Positions 40,740-51,570 of a stretch of 64,000 nucleotides of DNA are shown one piece after another; position 1 is the first letter of the stretch; every line of letters starts with the position of its first letter. Under the pieces are notes generated by a model. The model ran no database searches. It saw only the letters and a list, made by a program, of their open reading frames with translations, and was not told where the DNA came from. This DNA is from a virus (Duplodnaviria; Caudoviricetes). The DNA is taken from IMG/VR virus record IMGVR_UViG_3300035501_001483; one strand, written 5' to 3'. The position numbers and the translations under genes are program-made.

Positions 40740-41933
40740 GTGGCGTTAAAACGAGACGCTCATGTCGAACTGACAGAAGAGCAATCGGAGCTCGTCAAAC
40801 GTTTGAAAGACTGGTATACCAAGAGTGACCGCCAGTGGTACTCCTACACAGGAGCGGCTGGCACTGGAAAGACCACTGTTGTGGAAGCGGTGATCGAGGA
40901 ATTGGGAATTGAGCGCTACATTGCATGCGCCTACGTCGGGAAGGCTGTGACCGTCTTAGCACGGCATGGCCTTCCCGCCTCAACCATTCACAGCATGATT
41001 TACAACGTCATTTGGGTACCAGTATTGGACGAGCATGGAAATCGAGTAATCAAAGAGGACGGGAAACCTAAGATGAGAGTGGAGTTTTCATTGAAGCCCT
41101 CCATTAAGGGAGACCCGCAACTCATCATCGTAGATGAAGCCACCATGGTCAATGACGATTTGGCTGCCGACATTTTATCTTTTGGCATCAAGACCGTCTT
41201 TATCGGCGATAATAACCAGCTCCCGCCAGTATTTGGCGTATCTTCAGTGATGCTCAATCCAGATTTCTGGCTGACCCGCATCATGAGACAGCAGGAGGGC
41301 AATCCCATCATCTATCTGTCTCAGAAGATCCTCAAGAGGGAGTTTATCCATTACGGTCAATATGGAAATAGCTCCGTAAGACCTTATATTGAGCTGGGTG
41401 CCAACTATAAGAACTATGACTGCATCATAACAGCAACCAATAGAGCGCGCGATGATATCAATCATCATATCCGAAAGAACGTCTTACAAATCAAGTCAGA
41501 TTTGCCCATTGTGGGAGACCGGCTGATTTGCAGGCAGAATGACTGGGATCGATGCATTGATGGTAACATCTATCTGACTACCGGCATGACGGGAACTGTC
41601 ACGGACATCAATAGAAGTCTGGCAGCCAATCGCTACATGTGCATTGACTTCCAGCCAGATATCTCAGACAGTGAGTTTGTGAACCTCTTTCTGGACAGTG
41701 CATACATCCAAAAGGATTATGAAGACAGAAAGCTGTATGGATTTAGCGCCTATGAGAAGTTTGAGTACGGCTATGCGGTGACTTGTCATTCCATGCAGGG
41801 CAGTAGTGCCGATCATGTACTCTTCTTTGACCAGTGGTTTCATGATGTAGATATGACCAGGAAAATCCGTTATACTGCCATCACACGAGCAGTGGAAAGC
41901 ATCGATATTGTGTCGTCGGTGCGATTCGTGTGA
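40740..41933 (+). CDS. Dda/RecD-like SF1B helicase
   Basis: GAAGTGKT, DEATM, GDNNQLPPV, YAVTCHSMQGS, YTAITRA. Confidence 0.9.
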   Translation: MALKRDAHVELTEEQSELVKRLKDWYTKSDRQWYSYTGAAGTGKTTVVEAVIEELGIERYIACAYVGKAVTVLARHGLPASTIHSMIYNVIWVPVLDEHGNRVIKEDGKPKMRVEFSLKPSIKGDPQLIIVDEATMVNDDLAADILSFGIKTVFIGDNNQLPPVFGVSSVMLNPDFWLTRIMRQQEGNPIIYLSQKILKREFIHYGQYGNSSVRPYIELGANYKNYDCIITATNRARDDINHHIRKNVLQIKSDLPIVGDRLICRQNDWDRCIDGNIYLTTGMTGTVTDINRSLAANRYMCIDFQPDISDSEFVNLFLDSAYIQKDYEDRKLYGFSAYEKFEYGYAVTCHSMQGSSADHVLFFDQWFHDVDMTRKIRYTAITRAVESIDIVSSVRFV

Positions 41934-42034
41934 CCTAAAAGAGACTGCCAACCAGTGTTGGCAGTCGCTTTTTTTGCCCTGAATAGGGTCCAAAACATTT
42001 CCATAAGAATTACCCAAAGTGAGGTGACATTCCA

Positions 42035-42724
42035 ATGAACGGTGAAATCCTAGCTACCATCATCGTGGCTTTGATTGCGCTCTTCGGTACGATTGTCACT
42101 GCCGTACTACAGTACAGGGCTACCGAAGAGGCCAAGAAGGCCAAGCATTACGATGAAGAAAAACAGAGGGCAGACGCGGCCGAGCGTAAACTTGAAAAGG
42201 AGCAGCGTGATAGGGAGCACGAGCAAATCAAAGCCGAAATGGAAAGTCTTCATAAGGAGATTGCCAAGGTGCATGAAGATGTGCAACACCTTGGGGACCG
42301 AATCGATGCGGTCAAGAAGACGACAGATGCTCATCTGTCTTCCCATGATGATACTCTCGCCAAGATTTCCGATATTCTGTCGAGAGACGCACGGACCTAT
42401 TCGGGTCTGATGAAGATGCACTCTCAGACGGAGTCTCGACTGCAGGCCTTGCTCAACATCCAGATCTGCAGTATGCAGTTTGCCAATGACACTGCGGCTA
42501 CTCTTCATGTTGTGGGTGACATTCTCGGTCATACGCTGGAGGACGAAGAGGCGCAGGGTAAACTCTCTGAAGCGGTCTCCAAACACGAGGGCGCTCAGAA
42601 TAACTTCATCAAAGAGCTGATGAATCAGCAGCAATCACTGTTTAACTCCAATATGATGGACAACGCATCTGAATCTGCTGAAGAACGCTCCGATGACGTC
42701 AAGAATCGGCTATCTAACCGTTAA
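42035..42724 (+). CDS. Membrane-anchored coiled-coil protein (holin-like?)
   Basis: N-terminal TM; late promoter AACA-N6-TAA at 41994. Confidence 0.55.
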   Translation: MNGEILATIIVALIALFGTIVTAVLQYRATEEAKKAKHYDEEKQRADAAERKLEKEQRDREHEQIKAEMESLHKEIAKVHEDVQHLGDRIDAVKKTTDAHLSSHDDTLAKISDILSRDARTYSGLMKMHSQTESRLQALLNIQICSMQFANDTAATLHVVGDILGHTLEDEEAQGKLSEAVSKHEGAQNNFIKELMNQQQSLFNSNMMDNASESAEERSDDVKNRLSNR

Positions 42725-42762
42725 AAGAAGACTACCATCTCTGGTAGTCTTCTTTTTTGATG

Positions 42763-43458
42763 TCATCTGAGACCTCTATTCTTGAGGTGATCTCGTTCAT
42801 ACTCGTAGAAATTGCTGTCCCTATTGGCTTCTTCAATATCCTGGAGACTCATCTTACGAGTAGCGCCTCTGGTATAGGCAATCACACGGTACTTGATGCC
42901 TTTCCAACAGGCGATGTCCAGAACGGACTGCATGAGCGTTCTGAAACGCGTATCGACGCGAGTTAATTTTGCCGGGTCATAGTCCTCTGGCAGAAGCCGA
43001 GGTTCTTCGAGTTCTTCCACATTGCAGTTGTAAACCGTTGCAATGTAGGTAGCAATATTCGATTTATAAAGCTTATAGATGCCCGCTCCACCGCAGATAA
43101 AGACGCTGCAGTCGCCATAAGATTCCACGGCTTCCTTCAAGCCTTTGATGGGTTCACTGGAGACCATGGGAAGAGGAGTTGATTTTGGAAGCTTCATTTC
43201 CGCAATTTGCTTGGCGATTTCCTCCACATTGTGAGTGATCACCAGCGTCTGCCTCTTGGGAAGAATCTTGCCAATGGATTCAAACGTTTTACGTCCCATA
43301 ATGCAGACATGACCTTGCGTTTTCACCTTGAAGAATTCCAAATCGGCCGGATTATCGAAAATCAGATGGTTGTCATAGCCAATGATACCAGCGCGATCCA
43401 TTGCTAAGATGGCTCTCACTAATATGGGATGGCCGTCCGATGTTACTAAGTTGGGCAT
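42763..43458 (-). CDS. folA: Dihydrofolate reductase
   Basis: IMGRKTFESIG, LPKR, ICGGAGIY. Confidence 0.9.
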   Translation of the reverse strand: MPNLVTSDGHPILVRAILAMDRAGIIGYDNHLIFDNPADLEFFKVKTQGHVCIMGRKTFESIGKILPKRQTLVITHNVEEIAKQIAEMKLPKSTPLPMVSSEPIKGLKEAVESYGDCSVFICGGAGIYKLYKSNIATYIATVYNCNVEELEEPRLLPEDYDPAKLTRVDTRFRTLMQSVLDIACWKGIKYRVIAYTRGATRKMSLQDIEEANRDSNFYEYERDHLKNRGLR

Positions 43459-43515
43459 ACGTACGGATTCACTCCTCTCAATTCCACTATAGTTGAACTT
43501 AGACGATTATTGGGC

Positions 43516-44532
43516 TTACTTCTTGGCGGTCTCCCGCAGCTCATAGTAGACAGTGCTGCAGACAGATTCCGAATCCATGAAGTTGCAGTACCCATTACAG
43601 GTATTGCAGCGGTCGCAGTCAAAATTGCGGTAGCGATTTTCGCCTCTCACAATCTTGACGCGTTTGAAACCAGCTCTGCGAAGGGCAGATTGGCAGGCAT
43701 CTTTATTCATGCCATCCTTCATGATGCTCTTGGCCTGAACTGTGGCGGCCGGATGGTCATTGAGCAGATCCATCACGGATTTGCGCAAGCATTTGCTGAC
43801 AAGGCTCAGCCCTCTGTAGTTTTCAGCGGTGAGCATCATGGACACTTCATAGTCGCTGTCATCACGGGGGTTTTCGCTGATGGATGCCACTGACACGATG
43901 CCATACATGGGATCTTCGCAGACTGTGCAATACTGCAGCAGCTTGGAGATATTGCGGGGATGGTAGCACTCATGCGGCCCAAAGACCGTTTGACACATAC
44001 CAGCGATGTAGGGATAATCATTGACAGTAGCTTTGCGATACCGCAGAGGATGCTCCTTGGTATTGACATGGTCCAGCTCGTAGAAGGAGCGCACCATATC
44101 TGAAATATAGTCAGGTCTGGCCATGTTGCCTCTCTTGAAAGGCTCCTGGTTGGGCAGACGAGAATTTACAGTCATTTCAAAGTGGCGCTGGGGATAAATG
44201 ATGATCTCCATGGTCTGCCACTTATCACGAGGCGCATGAGCCTTCATGTAAGTGAGTTTGACAGTGCCGTTGCTCAGCGGGGTCACATCGGGAGCGACTG
44301 GCATGCGGAGAATCAGATTGTGGATAAAGTTGACAAAGGTCTTTTTGAAAGGTCGATTTTGGTTACGCGGTTCTGTCCACTCAGGGTGTCTGCTTTTCAG
44401 ATGCTCAAGACGCATGAGAAAATTATTGAATGCAGCATGGGGAGTGAACATGGCATTGGGCACCACGTCCTGCTGAACTACCGCAGGACGAGTGGCTGCC
44501 TCAGGACTAGGCTGCTTATTCAGCTCATCCAT
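43516..44532 (-). CDS. Protein with C-terminal GNAT acetyltransferase domain
   Basis: MLTAENYRGLSL...LRRAGFK. Confidence 0.65.
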   Translation of the reverse strand: MDELNKQPSPEAATRPAVVQQDVVPNAMFTPHAAFNNFLMRLEHLKSRHPEWTEPRNQNRPFKKTFVNFIHNLILRMPVAPDVTPLSNGTVKLTYMKAHAPRDKWQTMEIIIYPQRHFEMTVNSRLPNQEPFKRGNMARPDYISDMVRSFYELDHVNTKEHPLRYRKATVNDYPYIAGMCQTVFGPHECYHPRNISKLLQYCTVCEDPMYGIVSVASISENPRDDSDYEVSMMLTAENYRGLSLVSKCLRKSVMDLLNDHPAATVQAKSIMKDGMNKDACQSALRRAGFKRVKIVRGENRYRNFDCDRCNTCNGYCNFMDSESVCSTVYYELRETAKK

Positions 44533-44814
44533 GGGGTGTCACGTCCTTTCTCTTGAATGAAAATGATGGAATCGCTTTCCATCTTAGAGGAGAGTTAGAT
44601 AGTGATTAAGTCTTAAAAAGAAAATCTATAACACGTCGATAATCTTGCGGCCACGCCAGCCGTAAGAGGCGACATGGATCGCTGCTGTTATCCCAGGCAG
44701 TGATGTGCATTGTATCCTCCAAAGGTTCTCCAATCATATGAACCTCCTCTTCTTTCTTTCTGGTAAGAGAGTCAGTACCATTTCCCAGGTACTGACTCTC
44801 CTTAATGTCGTTTT

Positions 44815-45207
44815 TTATTGCTGATTATGCACATTTGACAGGATTTCGGTGACGGCCACTTGCATATACTCGGTCACCAGCATTCTCGAGAAAGCCGAGG
44901 CGAGAGCTTCCAGCATGATACCTTTCGGGTCTTCTTCAACTTTGGCGATGAGCTTGTCCCGGATGTCCTTGAAGGGATCAGTATCAGGCGGACCAGCCAT
45001 GAGGCGCTTACAAAGCTCCGTCGGAACTGGCGGATCACTATAGTAGCGCTTGTAGAAGAAAAGATTCTCGACGTTCTCTTGTCTATCGAAGAATGCAGTG
45101 ATTGCGGCCTTCGTCACTTCTTTAATATCGTCTGCGCTGAGTTGATCAACGCCTGAGGAAATGAGTTTATTGGCCATCTCGTCAGGTATGTTAATTGTGA
45201 CATTCAT
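44815..45207 (-). CDS. Hypothetical protein
   Basis: aaggag SD. Confidence 0.7.
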   Translation of the reverse strand: MNVTINIPDEMANKLISSGVDQLSADDIKEVTKAAITAFFDRQENVENLFFYKRYYSDPPVPTELCKRLMAGPPDTDPFKDIRDKLIAKVEEDPKGIMLEALASAFSRMLVTEYMQVAVTEILSNVHNQQ

Positions 45208-45313
45208 AAGACTTCTCCTTTCTAGTTTCATTATTTTATTGGCATGGGCAAGATGAAAACTTAATCAAAAAAAAAGAAGACTGCCAGAGGCGGCAGTCTT
45301 CTTTTCAGCCCTC

Positions 45314-46192
45314 TTACGAGAGTAAGTCCTTGATGGGGCCGGACTTCTTGACGTCATGTACTGCAAGGCGTTCACGATGCCAGCCCATTTCGATGTACTC
45401 ATAGGCCTCAAAGAGGGTGTGGCCGTACTTAGAAGCGCAGAACTCGCTGAAGCCGTGCTCGTAGGTGGAATTAACCATAACACGCCGCTCCAGATAATTA
45501 CATACATCATAGAACGGTTCGAGAGGCGCGTTGGTCGGATCGAGCACGGTACTGTGCGCGTAATGATCAAATCGCTCATCGATACGCAGAATCACCTGAG
45601 ACCAATCTTCGCCGGCGTCTGGATCTCCATGCGTATTGGAGATCTCTACCTCAAGAGGCGAGGTCGTATATTCTTTGCCCTCCCGATCAACCCAATTGCT
45701 CTTGCACACTTCCTTCAGCGAGTGGTAAATGGTGTAGGGCATGTCGAACATGAACTGGATATAGGGACAGCTGTACGTATCGTTCAGCGCATGCCCCTGG
45801 CAGCTGTTCTTCGTAAAGAAGTGGATCTCATTCAGTCGAGCAAGAATATCGGCCATGCCAGGGTCCACTGCGATCATGATAGGCTCAACAGCGAGACCCA
45901 TGTGCCGCTTTTGACGACGACAACGTACGACCAGAGGCGTGTACTCCTCATAGGGCCCGCCCGTGATGACGGGAGAGGATGTGATGTTATTGGGGTTGAA
46001 CGTGTACATGGAAGGATCGGCGAAGGTATCAAACTCCATATCGAAGTTGACCCTGACAGTACCGCCAGTCTCACTTCTGTAGCAGATAGGGCACATGTAT
46101 GCCACGCGCTTCTTGTACTCAACGACCTTATGTTCTTGAATCTTATTGCGAATCATTTCTGTCCAACCTTTCTCAGGAACTCTTGTTCCCAT
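45314..46192 (-). CDS. Hypothetical protein
   Basis: ORF with CPIC and TKNSCQGH motifs. Confidence 0.7.
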   Translation of the reverse strand: MGTRVPEKGWTEMIRNKIQEHKVVEYKKRVAYMCPICYRSETGGTVRVNFDMEFDTFADPSMYTFNPNNITSSPVITGGPYEEYTPLVVRCRRQKRHMGLAVEPIMIAVDPGMADILARLNEIHFFTKNSCQGHALNDTYSCPYIQFMFDMPYTIYHSLKEVCKSNWVDREGKEYTTSPLEVEISNTHGDPDAGEDWSQVILRIDERFDHYAHSTVLDPTNAPLEPFYDVCNYLERRVMVNSTYEHGFSEFCASKYGHTLFEAYEYIEMGWHRERLAVHDVKKSGPIKDLLS

Positions 46193-46875
46193 TTCTTACC
46201 TTTGATGGTCTCGTGCAGCTTCTGGGCTGCTTCAAAGAACTCTTCATCGGCGTCAATTACTGCCTGGTCGATGACACCAGTGCGGATCTTATTGCCGTAG
46301 CTCTGAAGGTTTCTCATGGCGATGACGCAGTTCTTGTAATCGACTGATACGGAACTCATCTCACGGAAACCAGGGACGGGCTTGCCAATCTCAGCCATCT
46401 TCTTGCATAGCTCATCTAAAGAGCCAATGCCGACGCCGTACATCTTGGCCAGCTCGTCATAACCAGCACGCTGCACATCTCTCACGGTACTAATTCCGTT
46501 ACTCAGCAGCGTATTGCGCAATCTGGGATTCACGCCCAGGGTCTGGATCGGCCTATCATCAGGTGCGCACTGACTGGTGGTCTTCAAAAGGCCGGCGATC
46601 TCGCTCATTGCCTGCCGGCATCTGTCAGCGATGGTGGCAGCGCTGAGTGGCTTATTGGTGATCCCATCCTGACGCTGTGTGATACTGCTGATGTCAATGA
46701 GCTTCATGTTCCTCTCATAGCGGTAGTGGACAACCTCCCTGAAGGATTTGGTAGGCATGTTATTGACCGCTTCCAGAAGCTGCTCATCGGTGTACTCTCC
46801 GACGCTCTTGTAGTGCTTCATCATGTCATTGCGAAGCCTCTTCAGCCACAGTGCTTCTTCATAGGTGACTGCCAT
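46153..46875 (-). CDS. Sigma-region-4-like HTH fused to an RNAP alpha-CTD-like domain
   Basis: IQTLGVNPRLRNTLLSNGISTVRDV...ELAKMYGVGIGSLDEL matches alpha-CTD. Confidence 0.75.
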   Translation of the reverse strand: MAVTYEEALWLKRLRNDMMKHYKSVGEYTDEQLLEAVNNMPTKSFREVVHYRYERNMKLIDISSITQRQDGITNKPLSAATIADRCRQAMSEIAGLLKTTSQCAPDDRPIQTLGVNPRLRNTLLSNGISTVRDVQRAGYDELAKMYGVGIGSLDELCKKMAEIGKPVPGFREMSSVSVDYKNCVIAMRNLQSYGNKIRTGVIDQAVIDADEEFFEAAQKLHETIKGKKWEQEFLRKVGQK

Positions 46876-46886
46876 AGATTACCTCC

Positions 46887-47624
46887 TTACTCTTTATACT
46901 CTTCAGCCATCTTCTTGTCATGAGCGATCTGCTTATCATAAAGACGATCGGCTTCTTCCAGAGGATGCCGAAGCTGTTCAATGGTATGAACCAGCTCTGC
47001 CTGGCGCAGCTTTCCATGATGTAAGCCAGCTCTGATTTGGCGGCCCATCCGAGACCGCATGGGCGTATACACAATGGCCTTGTGGAACGCCGCCTGATGA
47101 TATGGTTTGAACATGGTGCCCTCGCTGGGAGAGAGGACCCATTCGCCGTTATTCTCGACGGTGAAGAACTCCGAGAGAATGCCGACCAGCTCTTCATCAA
47201 GGCTCTGATGGACCTGAATCAGGTCCAGGGTGACGACGTCGCCAGACGGCATGGTATACGACTCGACCGAGTAGCCGCTAGGCATCACGTCAATGCTGAT
47301 GAGATCTACCATCAACTTGGCCAGTCTCTCAGGGACCACAAAGATGTCCTTATGACCGCATTTGGTGCATCCGAAATTGATCAGATGGCGGTTCAGGCCA
47401 AAGCCGTAAAGAGGATCGATGCGATTGGCGTGAACGACATTGTACTTCATGTCGTCAGCGAGCATCTCGGGGTCATAAGCGCCATCGGGTTCCATGAGAT
47501 CACCGGAGTCCATCTCCAAGGTGACCTTGAAATTGGGGATCTTGATGATGCGATTGCAATGCATGCAGATGCCGGCCATGTCTTCATACTTGGTAATGCA
47601 GGAAAATACTGGATTCTGATTCAT
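46887..47624 (-). CDS. Hypothetical protein (Zn-binding Cys pairs)
   Basis: CMHC...CTKC. Confidence 0.7.
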   Translation of the reverse strand: MNQNPVFSCITKYEDMAGICMHCNRIIKIPNFKVTLEMDSGDLMEPDGAYDPEMLADDMKYNVVHANRIDPLYGFGLNRHLINFGCTKCGHKDIFVVPERLAKLMVDLISIDVMPSGYSVESYTMPSGDVVTLDLIQVHQSLDEELVGILSEFFTVENNGEWVLSPSEGTMFKPYHQAAFHKAIVYTPMRSRMGRQIRAGLHHGKLRQAELVHTIEQLRHPLEEADRLYDKQIAHDKKMAEEYKE

Positions 47625-47641
47625 GATGCGCTATATCCTTT

Positions 47642-48373
47642 CTAATCTTTATTGCGTTCTCTGTCTCGAGCCATGCTGGACTCAATGGATGCGATGATCT
47701 TTGCACAGTGCGCTTGAATAGACTTCATCTTCCGCAAGAGATTGCCGTAGTTACTGTGGCAATACACTTTCTCGCCAGCGTAGATGACTTCTTTCGCTTC
47801 TTTGCTAAAGTCCTTCATCTCATCGGCAATCTCCAGGTGCTCCGAGTCGTATTTGTCCCACTGAAAGCCATTCTTCAGTACTGCTTGATACATGACTTCT
47901 GCCAAATAGGTAGAGTGTAGCATTTCAGCAATCTGATCTCCAGTGCGATTGGTAACGTCCCAGAGACGATAGATACCCTTCTTGTAAAGAATTTTGGCGA
48001 GATCTTTTGAGAAGAGCCTAGCGCACGCCGGATTGATATTGACTATATAAGGGTCAGGTGCGCCAGTGCCCTTATACAGTATATCTAGAATACGCTTGTG
48101 CTTGGCAGCGATGACTCGTCTGTTAAACTCAGTCACGTGCCAGCGGGTATTCCAGACGTTTGCCAGTTCTCGATCTGATGTGATTCCGAGGACATAGCGA
48201 TCTCGGAGCAACGTTTGCTCCATGGGGATCATGTCTTTGATGAGGTCATAATACGTCTGCGGTGAATATCCAGCAGCCTCAAAGTCATGCGTTTCAGCAA
48301 CGGCATCTTTAATTGCTGCATAGGTCTCATCGGTGAACTCATTCACACAAGGCGGGATATATTCATTGACCAT
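47642..48373 (-). CDS. Divergent paralog of the sigma4/alpha-CTD protein
   Basis: LLRDRY...RELA; ILYKKGIYRLWDV; shared YGN motif. Confidence 0.6.
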   Translation of the reverse strand: MVNEYIPPCVNEFTDETYAAIKDAVAETHDFEAAGYSPQTYYDLIKDMIPMEQTLLRDRYVLGITSDRELANVWNTRWHVTEFNRRVIAAKHKRILDILYKGTGAPDPYIVNINPACARLFSKDLAKILYKKGIYRLWDVTNRTGDQIAEMLHSTYLAEVMYQAVLKNGFQWDKYDSEHLEIADEMKDFSKEAKEVIYAGEKVYCHSNYGNLLRKMKSIQAHCAKIIASIESSMARDRERNKD

Positions 48374-48466
48374 GTTTTGATGCCTCCTTTCTACCAGAAT
48401 GATATGTGGTTAGGTAATGGGCAAAAAAGAAGAGACTAGATTCAATCTAGTCTCTTCTTTGCGGGG

Positions 48467-50356
48467 TTAGCAGATGCTCAGGAACAGCATGAACTCAGAC
48501 ACCAGGATATCGGTGTTGACATCGTCGCAGATTCGTCCATTGATCTCAGGGTCCGTATCCACAAATTCAAAGGTGGAATTGATCATGGTAGACAACATCT
48601 TCACGATGGGATCCTCTTTGAGGCCTAACTCGGCAATGTACCGATACTTGTCGGAGATGATGTGCTGATACACGGAAGAAGTTGTAAACTTCTCCAGGAA
48701 CTTGGCGTTCTTGATGCAGGTATCCTTGAATTTACCACGAACCATGGCGGTGCAGATCTGCGGCAGAATCACCATACCTCTGTACTGGAGGAACTTCTTC
48801 ATGTAAACTGCCAGCTCGACCGCATTGCGCTTATCCAGCAAGCGGATGGCGTTGGTATCGTGGAAGTACTTGGAGAAGAATGCGTGCAGCAGTCCTTGCG
48901 TCAGAGAGTTGAACTTCATATGCTCGAAGTAGAAGTCGATCTCCTCTTCGGTCGCATTGACATTGAAACGCTTTCTGATCTGCGCCATAACCTGGATGGT
49001 ATTGGTCTCGTTGACCAGCTGGTTGGATTCGTCGACCCGGGAGATCTGCATCTCCAGCGTCTCCACATGAGACAGATAATCATCGGAGTCGCTATCTTCC
49101 ACTTCAATCTCCACGGGCTTGAACTTGAAGTTCTCGTAGCGATAGTGCGTGTAGCTGTGCGTGATGATGCCGTCAATGAAGGAGACGATAGACCGATTGT
49201 ATGCCAACTTGTGCAAGCTCTTGACCAGAATTACCTCATGAATGAGCGATGCTGCATAGAGTTCCACGGTCGTGCCATACAACTGCTTCTTCTTCTCCCA
49301 GATGATGGCATCGGAGGTATGAGAACGTTCCACACGATATGCCACAAAGCGGCAGATAGGATTCCAGATCTCCGTGTCACCCTCTTCGAACTTCTCCACC
49401 ACTTTCATGAAGATACGATCGAAGCAATCGATGTAGTCCCTCTTATTGATGAAAGTGGCGTTGGTGTTGCTGAAATGGATGCAGGTCGGCAGAATCAATC
49501 TGATACAGAAGGAAACTGCCACGATCATACGGGCATGATCATTGGTGATCTTGGGCGTAGTCTTGTATTTCCCATCCACGTCGGTGTTGATGTTGAGCTT
49601 ATACAGATCCAATGCCATGTGCTTGACCTTATATACCATGGACTTGGTGACCATTCTGTTGATGATCATCTTGGTAAAGGCCTTCTGTGGCATGGTAGGA
49701 TGCCGGTCGATGTAGTTCTTCACCGAGAGCGCAGCTACCAGGTACTCATGGTCAGGGTCATAATGCGAGATGAAATAGTTGATGTGCTGGAGAATGTCGG
49801 GAATGCGCTCCTTATAGTGCCGCTTGGCAATGATATACTGGAGCATCTGGCGATCTTCAGGGACGTTAAACATCCGAGTCAGATAGTCAGCGATAATCAT
49901 CCCATCTCGCTCTGTGAAGAAGACTTCATCGGGGGCGGGTTGCCATGCCATGATGTCAGGTACGTCAGGATGATCATAGAACTCCTCATGGCCTTTTAAG
50001 GTCACGGGAGCTGCTTCGGGAATGCGATAGGTGAGCGGGTCCTCTGCATCTTCCACGCCATCAAAGATGGTGATCTTCGACAGACGCGTATCAGGATCGG
50101 TGATGGTCTTAACAGTCACCACTTCTCCTGCCGGCACTGAGTGGATCACATCGTCCGGTGTAACGTATGGAGAATCTCCCGGTTCTACCTTGATATTCCC
50201 AATCAAAGTGGGCTCAAAGGCCTCTTCTGAAGGAGGGTCTGTATCTACACACGGACTCTCGTCTACGAGAGGCTCCTGAGCGATTTCGACCTCTCCAGAG
50301 GCCGGAGTTTGCTGGGTTTCCAGAGACCCTTCTTTCGATTTTTTAGCTCTTGCCAT
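48467..50356 (-). CDS. Non-virion RNAP promoter-specificity (sigma-like) subunit, AR9 gp226-like
   Basis: Blocks KRHY, IRLILP, SDAIIW, NRSIVSFID, LSHVETLEM and ILPQI match AR9 gp226 as recalled; extra acidic N-terminal extension. Confidence 0.75.
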   Translation of the reverse strand: MARAKKSKEGSLETQQTPASGEVEIAQEPLVDESPCVDTDPPSEEAFEPTLIGNIKVEPGDSPYVTPDDVIHSVPAGEVVTVKTITDPDTRLSKITIFDGVEDAEDPLTYRIPEAAPVTLKGHEEFYDHPDVPDIMAWQPAPDEVFFTERDGMIIADYLTRMFNVPEDRQMLQYIIAKRHYKERIPDILQHINYFISHYDPDHEYLVAALSVKNYIDRHPTMPQKAFTKMIINRMVTKSMVYKVKHMALDLYKLNINTDVDGKYKTTPKITNDHARMIVAVSFCIRLILPTCIHFSNTNATFINKRDYIDCFDRIFMKVVEKFEEGDTEIWNPICRFVAYRVERSHTSDAIIWEKKKQLYGTTVELYAASLIHEVILVKSLHKLAYNRSIVSFIDGIITHSYTHYRYENFKFKPVEIEVEDSDSDDYLSHVETLEMQISRVDESNQLVNETNTIQVMAQIRKRFNVNATEEEIDFYFEHMKFNSLTQGLLHAFFSKYFHDTNAIRLLDKRNAVELAVYMKKFLQYRGMVILPQICTAMVRGKFKDTCIKNAKFLEKFTTSSVYQHIISDKYRYIAELGLKEDPIVKMLSTMINSTFEFVDTDPEINGRICDDVNTDILVSEFMLFLSIC

Positions 50357-50480
50357 GTTATTTCAGGTCCTTTCTGTGCGTATTTGAAATGACGCTGCGG
50401 AAGCGCCAAATCTTTCATAAATTAAAATGTATTACGAGCTTCCTCCAAGGACATGATATTGCCATGTAGAAATATACGGG

Positions 50481-51278
50481 TCAATGACGACCTATCTTCT
50501 TGATCTTGGAGATGAAACTGCTCTTCTTCGTCTTGGGTGTTTTGGAGCTCGTCTGTACCTTGGGCGTCTTGGGAGAAGCTTTCACTTTATTGGGATCTTT
50601 TCCCTGTGCAATAAGCTTCTCTCGTCTGGCCTCCTCTTTGGCTTTACGAGCTGCTTCAGCATCAGCTTTGCGCTTCCTGACCGCTTCGGTGTCGGGTGCT
50701 CTTTCGTACTGATCTTCTACCTGGTCTTGCGTCTGGACATTGGCAAAGATGTCCTTTTCAGTGCATCGCAGGCTCTTCTCCAAAAGATCGGAAGCATGAG
50801 TGCTGCGAAGTTTCTGGAAGACGTACCACATGGACGTGTATACGGTTCTTTCATAGCCCACAATGCGAGCAGGATTCCTGGTATTGGGATCCTTGCGCAT
50901 GATCTTACGGTCATACTTCTTCTTTAGCCAAGAGCAAAACAGCCCTCGTTCTTCAAACACTTTGGCATAGGTGTAATAGAACGACGGACTATTGGAGAAC
51001 ACGCGAAATGGCAATCTAGCAATGGAGACTTTGGAGTTGGGCTCCAGAGCACTGCAGTCCAGTTCAATCACGATATCATAATGGACGCCCTTCTTTGTAC
51101 GAGAGGGCAGCTTCACATGAATCATGAGACGCTTATCCTTGGTGGAATAGACGCTGTGCTGAATGGGCTCAGGATAATCATTTTGAAGTTCGCGGGTAAC
51201 GGTGTCTCTGATCATTGCGGTGGGCGCAACGTTGGAGCCTTTCCCATAAGGATTGGCCAAATATTCACCTAAAGTCAT
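50481..51278 (-). CDS. Hypothetical protein with basic C-terminal tail
   Basis: YDIVIEL...FSNSPSFYYTYA; start uncertain. Confidence 0.7.
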   Translation of the reverse strand: MTLGEYLANPYGKGSNVAPTAMIRDTVTRELQNDYPEPIQHSVYSTKDKRLMIHVKLPSRTKKGVHYDIVIELDCSALEPNSKVSIARLPFRVFSNSPSFYYTYAKVFEERGLFCSWLKKKYDRKIMRKDPNTRNPARIVGYERTVYTSMWYVFQKLRSTHASDLLEKSLRCTEKDIFANVQTQDQVEDQYERAPDTEAVRKRKADAEAARKAKEEARREKLIAQGKDPNKVKASPKTPKVQTSSKTPKTKKSSFISKIKKIGRH

Positions 51279-51522
51279 AAGAGACATACCTCCCTTCTTT
51301 AGTGTGATGTATGTGAAAGAGTTTATTTTAAAATGTATTACACTTGTGACTTGGATAAATTTGAGGCGATTTGAGTTTTCTTTATATATCATCCTGATGA
51401 GAATAGCAAACCATTGAATAGAATGATGGAATTTGCTTGAAAGTGTAGCATGAGCGTGGAAATAGCCTACGCTTCAGCGGCATAGAAAGAACCCTGGCAG
51501 AGCAACTTCACTTCAGAGATTC

Positions 51523-51562
51523 CCGTATTTACCCGCTTTTCACTCGTATATCATTTTTATGA
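51523..51562 (+). promoter_or_regulatory. Putative early promoter driving the tRNA-like RNA
   Basis: ccgtattt-N17-atatcatttttatga. Confidence 0.7.
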
Positions 51563-51570
51563 GAAAGAAA

